A DNA stretch of 64,000 bases, from NCBI GenBank assembly GCA_023205875.1, contig CP060773.1:310001-374000 (forward strand), read 5' to 3'. A program made the translations under genes and the position numbers. Within the stretch, counting starts at the first letter, position 1; each line of letters begins with the position of its first letter. Of this stretch, positions 42,201 to 51,711 are shown piece by piece. The stretch is from Chloropicon primus. Its lineage: Eukaryota. The notes under the pieces are model-generated. The model saw only the letters and a program-made list of their open reading frames with translations, was not told the origin of the DNA and ran no database searches.

Positions 42201-45200
42201 TGCCACCGTGATCGGTGCTCGTGCTCAGGCCTTGGGCCTCACCACCAATCAGGTAAAGGCCACCGCCATCGCCGCCATCACTGATGTCCGTGCTGCTGCC
42301 GGTGCCAGCAACGACACGCATCTCGCCTCCTTGGCCGCCGGAGCTGCTGCTCAGGCCAGAGGACAAGAGCATGTGGCCGCCAATACCAGTGTCCCCGTCG
42401 CCGATGACGAGCTCGATGGAGCCACCAGAACCACCAACGGCACTGCCTGTCAAGACGTCAACAGTACCAGAGTCGCCCTGGCTGGCGGCACCAGTGGCAA
42501 CAACAATGTCGCCGCTAACGCCCGCCACGCCCGCATCGGGGTCTGCACTTGATCTCGCCGCTATCCGTGGAGGTGCTGCGACCACTGGTCAGCTGGAGAG
42601 CACCACCGGTGGACATCTCAGATGTGCCACCAGTCACAGCAATGTCGCCACCAAGGCCATACATCGTGCTGCTGCTCAAGCCAGCGGACACAAGCACGTG
42701 GCCCCCAGCACCCGTGTCCCCGTCGCCCACGACGAGCTCGATTGAACCTCCTGATCCACCAACGGCACTTCCTGTGAAGATTGCGACAGCACCAGAGCTG
42801 GCCTGCGTTGTTCTTCCGGTGGTTAAGGCAAGGCTTCCACTAGGGGCCTGTTTTGATGATCCTGTTTTAATTTCGATAGAACCTGATTCTGTTGTTGCGT
42901 GTTTTGTCTTGGAATTTGTGCTTCCAGTTGATAGTTGCAGGTTTCCTGTCTTACCATTTTGTGAATTCTCGCCAGTGATTAATGTTATGTTTCCACTTGT
43001 GGCGTTGTTGCCTTTTCCACTTGTGAGATATATTGAGCCTCCAGTAGAATTGTTCTCGCCTGCATCTCCAGCATTGACCTTGATATCACCAGCGGCTGAG
43101 TTTGGTTGATTAGTGCTGCCTGAAGATATGTTCAGTTCACTGCCAAGCGCATTCCATGACTTTCCAACTGATATTTGAATTGGGCCAGCACTTCCTGTGA
43201 GTGATTCACCGCTTTGGAGATTGATGGCTCCAGAGTTGTCCACAGCAATGCCAGTAGAAAGTTCGATGGCACCACTTTGTCCAAAAGTGGAATGAGTGTC
43301 AGATGTTTTCAATGAGATATCGCCTGTTTTCATTTTGCCAAAACCACTTGTCAATGACAGATTTCCACCTGATCCAAATGTAGCTGCCCCTCCACTTAAA
43401 AGAACAGAACCACCAGCATCAATGTTGGGATTCCCACCAAAGCCATCACCTCCACTTATTTCAACGACTCCTCCATTGCCGCCGTCAGAAAGATCAGCGG
43501 AAGATCCCTTTCCTGCAGTCAAAGTTATGTTGCCTCCATGACCCCCTAATGAACTTTCTGTTGCCTCGCCAGCAACAACTGTAAATGATCCTGCTGTAGA
43601 ACCCTTTACGGAGGATGAACCGGCATGCATAGATATAGATGCTCCTAGATCTGCAACACTTGACCCTGCTCGGACTTTGATGTCTCCTGCGTTTCCATTC
43701 GTACTATTTCCTGAAGCAATATTGATGCCACCTGAATTTCCAGTCAAACTATTTCCTGAAGAAACTTCAATTGCGCCAGAATCTATACTGGTAAGAACAG
43801 AGTCTCCTATCTCACCAGTTCTCAGCATGATTGCTCCGCTCTTCCCAGCAGCACTTGTACTTTCACCTGTGAGCAATTCAATATTTCCACCAGAACCTAA
43901 GCTATTTGCTCCTGATGTCAAACTTATGTGACCTCCTGGGTTGCCATTGCTTTTGCCAGATTGAAAGGAAATGCTTCCTGCGGATGATGCAAAGGAGTTG
44001 CCGGTTTCAAATTCCAAGTTCCCTGAATTGCTTACTGAGGATCCCCCAGTGGTAATGGAGACAGACCCACTCCTTCCATTTGTACTGTACGGACTGACGA
44101 TGTCTATATTCCCTGTGTTTCCATTTTTTGATGCTCCTGCAATCAGCAGGACGTTTCCTCCTTGAGAATCAGATGCTGATGAGCCACCCTGTATGAAAAC
44201 GGAGCCTCCTCCTGCAAATTCTGAAGAAACTTCCCTCTGCATATTGCCAGCTTTCAGAATCACATTTCCAGCAGACATCCTTTCCGAATCGCCACCCCGG
44301 ACAAGAGCATTACCGCCAGAGCAAGATCTCTTGCATACATCTAAATTGTCAACAGAGTTCGAATATGTCAAGTAGTCATCGATACTCAATTCCACCAGTA
44401 GATCGCCGCAAACATAAGCTTTGCCAGTGAATTCACAGCCTTGAATCAAAGCATTGTATATCAAGAGCGGCAGTTCCAGTCCATCACAATTCATGACTTC
44501 TTGTGAGCTCGTGCAATCGAGGTACGACGTGCTTCTTTCTGCACCTCCAACAAGGGAGGAGGAGCCGGCATACCCTCCATCTGAACTGGACCCTGCCGCT
44601 AAGTGAAGGCTTCCGGCCTGGGAACCATAGTTTGAAGTACTCCCGGCATCTAAATGAAGACTTACTCCATCCGCTAACCGCATGTCATCGAACGCGTTGC
44701 TGCATTCATCATTTTCACAGCTATCAGACCTTCCATTTGCAGCTGTGATGGAGAAAACCGGTTTCTCTGCTCTATTCACATGTAGGCCAATATCTCCAAA
44801 CGGCAAATTCTCGTCATCAAATTGAGCAAACCGTTTCATATACTGGGAGTTGCCTAGTTTCATTCTACTGTGAGGTATTTCTATGTCGCCAAAGGTTTCC
44901 ATGATTTTTCCTCCAGAAATAGTGGCGTTTACATGACTACCGCCGATACTAATGTTTCCAAAGCCTTCTGAAATCGATCCAGAAACCAGGTCACCCACTA
45001 CCCTAAAATTATCTACATCTACACTGACTAACCCGTCTTCACTAATGCCAAGGCCAACCCCTGCCTTGACTGCTATCGTACCACTTGAGTCTGGAAGATT
45101 GATTGTTCTCGAAAGTGTAGGTTCAGATATCCGTAGCGTTGTTGTCACCCTGTTGACTACTTCCCCTTCGAATGAAAATGCCCTTCTCCCCAATACACGA

Positions 45201-46840
45201 TTGAAATCAACAAACTCTGATGATATGTGCCCTTCATCCCCTAAATCTATTGGCCCAAATCCCGGTTCAATTGAACCGCTGCTAACTTTGCCCAAACCAG
45301 TGATGTCACTTTGGTTTAATTCCAAATGCCCCGTTTCCCCATTCAATACAAGTGGATATGATACATCAACTACTATTGTTCCGTTGTTGTCTGGGACTAC
45401 AATAGTGTTGTTACTGACTGAAGGTCCTTCGACTTTCAGAGCAGTAACGAAGCCGTCACTTTCGGACAGACCGTCAAACAAGAGAGGAAATTCACCACCT
45501 ATTGAGCCTTGGAAAGTGATGACGTTGTTCGTCGTGACGTTCTGTACCTCCCTGACCACAACAGATCCCCCAAGCTCCACTGTGCCATTCTTGTCCACGG
45601 AGATTGGTTCTGGTCTTGTATCATTTTCTCTCTTCTTGCCGAGTTTCAAGCTTCCGGCTAGTTCAACTTGACCGTTCTCACTGGATTCTAGCTTCACATT
45701 TCCCGTCTGCGACGCGATGGTTATGTTTGCTGTAGAATTCAAAGAGAGTCCATCAGCATTGATTTCTAGCATGCCTCCGCCAGCTTCGTTGCCTGACGAT
45801 ATTTTTGTGGCATTTGCAGTGAACTCCATAACAGGCTTATCGTCCTTCTGCATCACAACCTGCTCTCCGCCTCCAAAAGCATATACTCCAAAAGCAGCAT
45901 CACTCTCCTCTGTTGCTACCACCAAACCAGCAGGCTGGCCTTGTCCCGATCTGATTTCTAGCGTCGCAGAGCCCTCCCCGTCTCCAATGACAACATCAGG
46001 GTTTACCTCCGCTTCACCATCTTGCAGCAGCCTTCTCCTCTTTGGGTCTGCTATTTTGGGCGCCAACGTTTTGCTCCCAAATCGAACTGGGCCGTCGACG
46101 TCCAAGAGCACGTCAGTAGGTGAGGAGTCATCCACCGGTCCCCTCTTTACGAGCAAGCTGCTTTGAATCATTTCCAAGCTTCCCGCGGATGTTGTCCGAA
46201 GGAGGGCACGGGTATGGAAGTTGTCCTCCATGTATGTGCCAAAAGACAAAATCTCATCCGCCTTGTCTGTGCTTTCTGTCGTGTGGCTTGCGATTCTTAT
46301 GTGCGCCTGTGGCGTCACCCCTTGCTCCAGCAGGGAGTAGGGGTTAGGACCGTGAGCTTGGCCGTAAACTTCCAAGGCCTCGTTCACGCTCACAAAATCT
46401 CCTTGCGCCTCCACTTTGAAGTAGACTGAGACGACCACAGCAGAGGCCCAAATGAGGAGAATGGCGTGCATGAAAAGAAGCAAGAGCATGCTTGACAACT
46501 GTGCACACGCAATAAGAAGCTGCCGGCTGGCCTTCTTGATCTGGTTGGGATTCCTCCTCCCGGCATCTGCTTTCGACGTCCCAACAGGTTTTCTCCCCTT
46601 CCCCGGGTCTGGTGCAATCTTCGCCGACTTTGCCTTCTTCTTCTTCTTCACTGTCCTCAAGGGATTCGCGGAGGGCTTTGGCTCGGCGAACTTCACCTTG
46701 GACGTGATTCTTTGTGTGGTTTCAAGCGCAGAGACGGGCGCCGCTTGAGTTAGGACACAGGTTCGACGAGCGCGGTAGAGGGGAAGACGCAGAGGCACTT
46801 ACTTGTTTATCTTCTCGGGCTGAATCCTGGAGCTCAACAT
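1..46840 (-). CDS. Giant repetitive membrane-anchored/extracellular fibre-like protein (>15,500 aa, 3' end outside window); exon 1 46840-46803, intron 46802-46710, exon 2 46709 to <1 with apparent assembly frameshifts
   Basis: ATG at 46840 reads MLSSRIQPEKIN-AA, then a GTAAGT donor, a CTAAC branch-like motif and an AAG acceptor at 46710. The phase-2 join restores K-ITSKVKF into the 42515..46798 ORF. Successive minus-strand ORFs carry the same repeats in overlapping frames, linked by 1-2 nt indels, down to position 1. No terminal stop is seen. Confidence 0.8.
30450..42740 (-). repeat. Coding tandem array of about 15 near-identical 774-bp units (258 aa, Gly/Ser-rich, 16 internal [SG]G-x-h-x-h-x-x-G coils) plus one 447-bp truncated unit
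   Basis: Identical ORFs recur every 772-774 bp (33153, 33927, 34701...). The spacing between 41662 and 42109 is 447 bp. Confidence 0.97.
46710..46802 (-). other. Spliceosomal intron (93 nt) of the giant gene
   Basis: GTAAGT...CCTAAC...ACACAAAG on the minus strand; removing it keeps the frame from the ATG at 46840. Confidence 0.75.
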
Positions 46841-47902
46841 CGCTGCTCTTCCTCTCTAGCGTGCGCCTTCGATCGATATGTGTGTATGCGTCCAGATCCA
46901 GCACAATTCGGAGTGCTCTATTCCTGGCACAACGTGTGTGTCTCCTCTGAACGCGCGTCGCCCACTCTAGCCTCTGGGACTTTTCCAAACCACTCTCAAA
47001 CCCATCTCGGGACCTTCAACCGCTTTTGTCATTCTCTCCGAGTCTCTCTCTCTCTCTCTCTGAGTCGTTCACACACACGCACACGCACACGCACTCCCTC
47101 TCCTCCTCCTCAGCTGCCTCGACTCTCTCGTCACTCGTTTCGTAGTTGGCCAATCCAAAAACAAAAATTTTTCTTCGATGCGCAGGACAGGACAAGCGAT
47201 TGGTCAGCACATTCTACCTTCCCTTCCCCTTTCGCGCGGGCGAAAGAGAGGGAGGGGGGGATCCCGTCCTCGCCATCCTCGCTTCGAGTCCGTGAGTTTG
47301 GGCCAGCCAATGCCACGCTGCCACGTCCATTCCGAGGCCAAGGGTGAACCAAAACGATTTCGTTCTCAAGATTCTCACCTCTCTTCTCTCCATTCACTTG
47401 GCTCGCTCGCTCTCCTCGCCCCTTCTCCTCTCTTCGCTCAGGAACGCAACCATCCATGACCACAAACCACGTCGTCGTGTTAATTCCATCCGTCCATTCC
47501 TCGTCATAAAATCCTCCACAGGACGCCATTTGTCGCAAGCGAGAGCTCAATCGAAAGCTTGCGAGATGCTTTTTCCAAAGATTGGTCACTTCATAACACC
47601 CGTCCCCGCTTTCGACTCGTGAGACCGATCGTACTCACCTTGGCCAATACGGTCTCACACTTCCCAGGAGAGCCGTCACGTTCCCCTCAAATGCCGCGCA
47701 TTTTTGGCGCGGCTTCCCGATCAGTCGACTCCGGTGGAGGAAGGCGGAACTTGGCGACGGTGTGGAGGCCAGAGGTGTATCTTGTCGAGGGGAAGGACGG
47801 GATCACGCGAAAGGGCGTCTCGCGAGCTTTCCAACGGTGGTCGGGTTCGGCATCCTGGCCGCGGTTTCGGATCGGAAACGTACCATTCTTCGCAAAAGGA
47901 GG
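46841..47902. promoter_or_regulatory. Divergent intergenic/promoter region between the giant gene and OPI10, with several CCAAT/ATTGG boxes
   Basis: Genes are head to head. CCAAT/ATTGG motifs occur near 47150, 47199, 47307, 47581 and 47644. Function is not demonstrated. Confidence 0.35.
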
Positions 47903-48738
47903 ATGGGACTCTTCGGCCTCATGTTCGTGGGGAAGTCCTTCCCGATAGGTACGGAAGCTCCGCTCTCTCCTTCGAGCTCCTCACACACACGTACACACTC
48001 TCGCTTGCTCTCGCTCTCGGGCTGTCACGGATGGACGGACGGATGGATGGATGGATTGTTGACGCTGACCCAAACTCAAACGAAAATGCTCTCCTCTTCT
48101 CTGCTGTGCTCTGCTCTGCTGTGCTCTCCTCTGCTCTGCTGTGCTCTCCTCTGCTCTGCTGTGCTCTCCTCTGCTCTGCTGTGCTCTGCTGTGCTCTGCT
48201 GGGAAGGACAGACAGCGGCCAGCTGACGCAGATATCACAAACAAACTGGGTGCTGGACGTGTGCCAGACCGTGAAGCCGAACTACGGGGACCTGAAGGAA
48301 GTTTGCCTGTACCTTTCCGCTCCCCAGGCGCTTGACCCGAACGCGGCCTTGGGGGTGTACGTGTCGTGCGGTGGGACGGATTGGCAGTACAGGGGGTGCA
48401 TCTCGAGCGGGAGGCCTTCGGATGTGTTCCCGACGAACTGGCCAACCGCGGGACAAGACTTGGTGGCGGGCGGAGCGAGGATCGGGATATCCGTGGAGCC
48501 GAGGGCGGAGCTGGAGCAGAAGGAAAGCACGAGACTGGGGAAGAAGGAAGAGTTTGCCAAGAGGGTGGCCCTCGACCTCTTTCGGTTCTTGGAGTCCTTC
48601 AATTCCGGCTGCGTGACCCAGGTCACGTCGGACCAGCTGGTCGTTCCGGCGAACTTCCTTGACCGCTGGTTCACCAAGTTTCAGAGCAAGTTCAGAAGGG
48701 ATCCTGACTTCCTAACAAGGGATCGAGACAAAGCGTAG
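47903..48738 (+). CDS. OPI10: OPI10/Hikeshi-family (DUF775) protein; exons 47903-47948 and 48212-48738
   Basis: The spliced product MGLFGLMFVGKSFPIDSGQLTQISQTNWVLDV...WQYRGCISSGRPSDVFP...LFRFLESF...FLDRWFTKFQSKFRRDPDFL matches the plant OPI10 pattern. The GT...AG intron is phase 1. Confidence 0.88.
48095..48200 (+). repeat. Intronic low-complexity CTGCT/CTGTG/CTC microsatellite
   Basis: Visible repeat inside the OPI10 intron. Confidence 0.85.
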
Positions 48739-48891
48739 CGGCTTCGAGAGCACACATCATCGCGGGGGTGGATGGATAAATACGCATATTTATTGAGCGG
48801 GCGGCCCGCCACCACCACTAGGCACCAGGAGAGAGCAGCAGAATCGACCGAGGGGGATGAGTGAAACTCGCTGTGCAACCGTGTACCGTAT

Positions 48892-48896
48892 TGTAA
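48892..48896 (+). promoter_or_regulatory. TGTAA chlorophyte-type polyadenylation signal (OPI10)
   Basis: TGTAA lies about 150 nt after the stop. Equivalent minus-strand signals follow TMEM97 (53903-53907) and IRE1 (58491-58495). Confidence 0.5.
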
Positions 48897-48913
48897 ACAA
48901 AATTCCATTGATT

Positions 48914-50800
48914 TTAGAGAACGGCCATTTCCCCCAAAGTCTCCTCCAGTTCCACGCCGAGGATGGCATGCCCAACCCAGCTCAGTATGGTCTCCCTCAC
49001 GCTGGTGAAGTCGATCCACCTGCAAGGCTGCTGGCCTGGCTTTGCCACCAAAATTTGGCGGATGAGGCGCTTCCCAGCGTAACCCTCGTCCGCCTGGTTC
49101 TCTCGCGCGGCGTAGATCATCGAGTAGTGGTTCTGGAGGTGGAAGATGAGCACTTGAGACGGATTCGAGACACAGGACTTGAGGGCGTCCCACTGCTCCG
49201 TTACTTTATCGTCGTCATCCGCCTCGGCGACCTGGCACTGGGACCTTTTGCTTGACATGAACCTCCAAGTCCTCAAGGGGACGCCGTGGTCCTCCCTGAT
49301 CTTTTCCGTGATTTTAACGATCGTCTCGTTGCCTATGGGAGCCGTGCTCGGTTTCTCGGCGTTCAGCTTGGTCAGTCCCCCGAGCTTGGTCCACCAAGTC
49401 TTCACCTTTCCTTCGATGTCCTTCCTGTTTTGGCTGAAAGAATCTTGGACCTCGCTCTTGACCCCGGCCTCGTCCACCTCCCAGGCCTCGAGCGCTACGG
49501 GAACCATCTCAAGCAAAGCGGAGCCCAAGTTTTCCAGCTTGGGGTGAAATTGGACTCCATACTTGCCCGCGAGGGACGCCTCCAACGCATCCAGGAGATC
49601 GTCCCCGCTTTCGTGCTCTGAGATGCCAAGCAGCTCCTTCAAGTCGCGCTTGATGTTTCTTACGGCCTTTTCCCACCGAGATCTGTACATCGCGATGACG
49701 TCGCTGCCTTCCAGGCGAAGGCAAGGGCCTGCAGCGCTTGGATTCTGGTTCTCTTTGCCCACCTCCGCTTTCGATTCCTTGGGGAGCCCCGCCGCCTTGG
49801 CACCCCCACCCGTAACGCCTTGGCACTCTTCGCTCTCGCAGCTCTGCTGCATCTGCTCCATCTGGAGGACCCTCCACCTGCTAGCCAGGATGTTGCACGC
49901 CCCAGCCACGGACGCAGCGGCACAGGAGGGTGACTTTTGCTCCACCCAGCAGCTCAGGAGCTCCGGCCTCGTGTGCACCGCGATGCTTTCCATGGCGGAG
50001 ACTTGGAGGAACTTGTCCCAGAACTTCTGCTGCCCTCCCTCGGGGCAATCCCACCCGCTTGAGTTCACGTGGTGCACAAGGTCCGTTGGAACGAGGGGGT
50101 TGCATCGTTTGAGGGCTTTCTTCTTCTTGTCCAGGTCCTCTTTCGTCGATGCGAGCTTCTTGGTTGCTTTCGAGAGCTCCTTCTCCACTTTGCAGAGCTG
50201 GTTGGCCTGGGCTTCCAAACGAGTGAACTTCTCGGTCGTGATGAGAACGGGTCCGCTGCTTCTGGACGAGGTGATGATGTCCCTCACGTCTTTCTTGTAC
50301 TCAAAGATTGGGATCGGAGGGCACGAAGCCTCGCATCTGTTGCCGGCCACCGTTGACGTCAACGCACCGCTGCCCTGTGTTTCCATTCGCTGCAGCTGCC
50401 CGATGACCCTCGCTTGGTTGCTCAAAGTGTCCACGAACCTCCCCCTTGCCTCATCCAACGTTGCCATCAGAGCATCTTCCTGCATCTTCAACTCCAGCCT
50501 GACCCTGTTGAACTGCTCGACCAGGTCTGTCTTTGCGCCGTCGATCTCTCTGGCAATCATGCAGAGCTCCTCCTCACACCTCTCTTTGCAAACGCTCAAG
50601 TCAGGAGGCGAGGAGGAGGAAGAGTTGGACGAATCATCATCCACTTGTTGCCCCCCTCCTGCGCCGCACTTGTTCCCGTTCAGAGCCGAGGCCTTGAGCC
50701 TAGCGATGGACAGAGGCCTGCTTCCCTCTCTTGAAGCCGTCTTCACCCTCGAGGATGACAGCTTCACGCTCGAGTGCTTGCTGTTCTCACTGAAGTTCAT
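48914..50800 (-). CDS. Hypothetical coiled-coil protein with a C-terminal BIVM-like/peptidase C39-like (Q-x-x-x-x-C...H) domain
   Basis: Long ORF (first ATG 50800; the track start 50977 is a GTG). It has heptad-rich segments and the motifs EQKSPSCAAASVAG and LIFHLQNHYSMIY. Confidence 0.6.
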   Translation of the reverse strand: MNFSENSKHSSVKLSSSRVKTASREGSRPLSIARLKASALNGNKCGAGGGQQVDDDSSNSSSSSPPDLSVCKERCEEELCMIAREIDGAKTDLVEQFNRVRLELKMQEDALMATLDEARGRFVDTLSNQARVIGQLQRMETQGSGALTSTVAGNRCEASCPPIPIFEYKKDVRDIITSSRSSGPVLITTEKFTRLEAQANQLCKVEKELSKATKKLASTKEDLDKKKKALKRCNPLVPTDLVHHVNSSGWDCPEGGQQKFWDKFLQVSAMESIAVHTRPELLSCWVEQKSPSCAAASVAGACNILASRWRVLQMEQMQQSCESEECQGVTGGGAKAAGLPKESKAEVGKENQNPSAAGPCLRLEGSDVIAMYRSRWEKAVRNIKRDLKELLGISEHESGDDLLDALEASLAGKYGVQFHPKLENLGSALLEMVPVALEAWEVDEAGVKSEVQDSFSQNRKDIEGKVKTWWTKLGGLTKLNAEKPSTAPIGNETIVKITEKIREDHGVPLRTWRFMSSKRSQCQVAEADDDDKVTEQWDALKSCVSNPSQVLIFHLQNHYSMIYAARENQADEGYAGKRLIRQILVAKPGQQPCRWIDFTSVRETILSWVGHAILGVELEETLGEMAVL

Positions 50801-51244
50801 CCTTCCTTCCTCCTCACTGGTGGTGGTCTCCCTCAAGCTTGAAGGAAGGCTTCCAAGATTGTATCTTTGTGAAGACAGAGAGGGGACCGAGGTTGGCACG
50901 GGAGGAGAATGCCTGGAGTGACAGGTCCCCAATGCCTTGCCTCTGGAGCCAACGCACGCCTCAAGGGACTGATTCACTCACTCACCGTGCAGGTCCTGTC
51001 TCTTCTGTCTTCTGTCCTCCATTCAAATCATCCAAAGGTATGAGGAGGACGGAGGAGGATGGCTGTTAGGGGAAGGGGAGGGTGGAGGGTGGAACAAGGG
51101 AAGAGGGATGCCTAGATGGATTACTCTCTCCCTCTCCCTCTAAAGAATGGTGACGGATGGTGGTGGTGAGAGGTTGTCACCGAGAGAGAGAGAGAGAGAG
51201 TAAGGTGTAAGTTCATAGTAATTTCATTTCATTCATTCATTCAT

Positions 51245-51711
51245 TCATTCATGATGTTCTCCCTTGTACTTGAGGTACTCCCTGTACGATGCGTTGTCTA
51301 AGGGCCTCCGCACCTCCTGTTCTTGTGCCGGTGTGTTCCAAGACCGCCAGGTGCTGGGCTTGTCCCACGTCCCTCTTGCTTTGTGAAGCGCCCGCGTGTG
51401 GGCGCGCATATCCTCTAGCAGCTAGTGACGTGAGACACACAGACAGAGAGAGAGAGAGAGGGAAGGAGAACATAAGCACCAATCGTCAGCGAGGGGAACT
51501 TTTTCGATCCACTGGGACGAAGCACAGAGTCGCGACACTCCATCGATCAGACCCCTCCCTACTGACCGGTCGACGAACACCGCAGCGGTCTCTCCTGGCA
51601 TCTCACCTTCCGATGCAAAGGGTCGTCCTTGTCCGCTTTCTTTTCGAAAGCCTCGAGGAGTTTGTCAATATCCTCCTCGACCTTCTCGGCACCCTCTCTC
51701 TCCTCCGCCAT
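51245..51711 (-). CDS. Small hypothetical protein, 93 aa; exons 51711-51607 and 51421-51245
   Basis: MAEEREGAEKVEEDIDKLLEAFEKKADKDDPLHRK | GTGAGA...CTAG | LLEDMRAHTRALHKARGTWDKPSTWRSWNTPAQEQEVRRPLDNASYREYLKYKGEHHE*. The intron is phase 0 and exon lengths are 105 and 177. Confidence 0.65.

Noticed and set aside
30340..43109. Dozens of recurring plus-strand ORFs in the 774-bp array
   Set aside because: They are GC-rich antisense by-products repeated once per unit, with no recognisable protein features.
1..46840. Calling the giant gene a pseudogene or many separate genes
   Set aside because: Breaks are 1-2 nt indels at homopolymers or unit-type junctions, confined to the arrays and their linker. 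I saw no nonsense substitutions within the repeats, and the 4-kb unique region is intact. Not fully excluded without reads.
1..46840. Integrated prophage or giant-virus fragment
   Set aside because: No capsid, integrase, polymerase or terminal repeats are seen. The gene has a spliceosomal intron and sits beside ordinary host genes.
46722..47948. Short ORFs in the divergent intergenic region and track starts at 46798/46988/47704
   Set aside because: They use non-ATG starts or read through microsatellites and introns. The spliced ATG models fit better.
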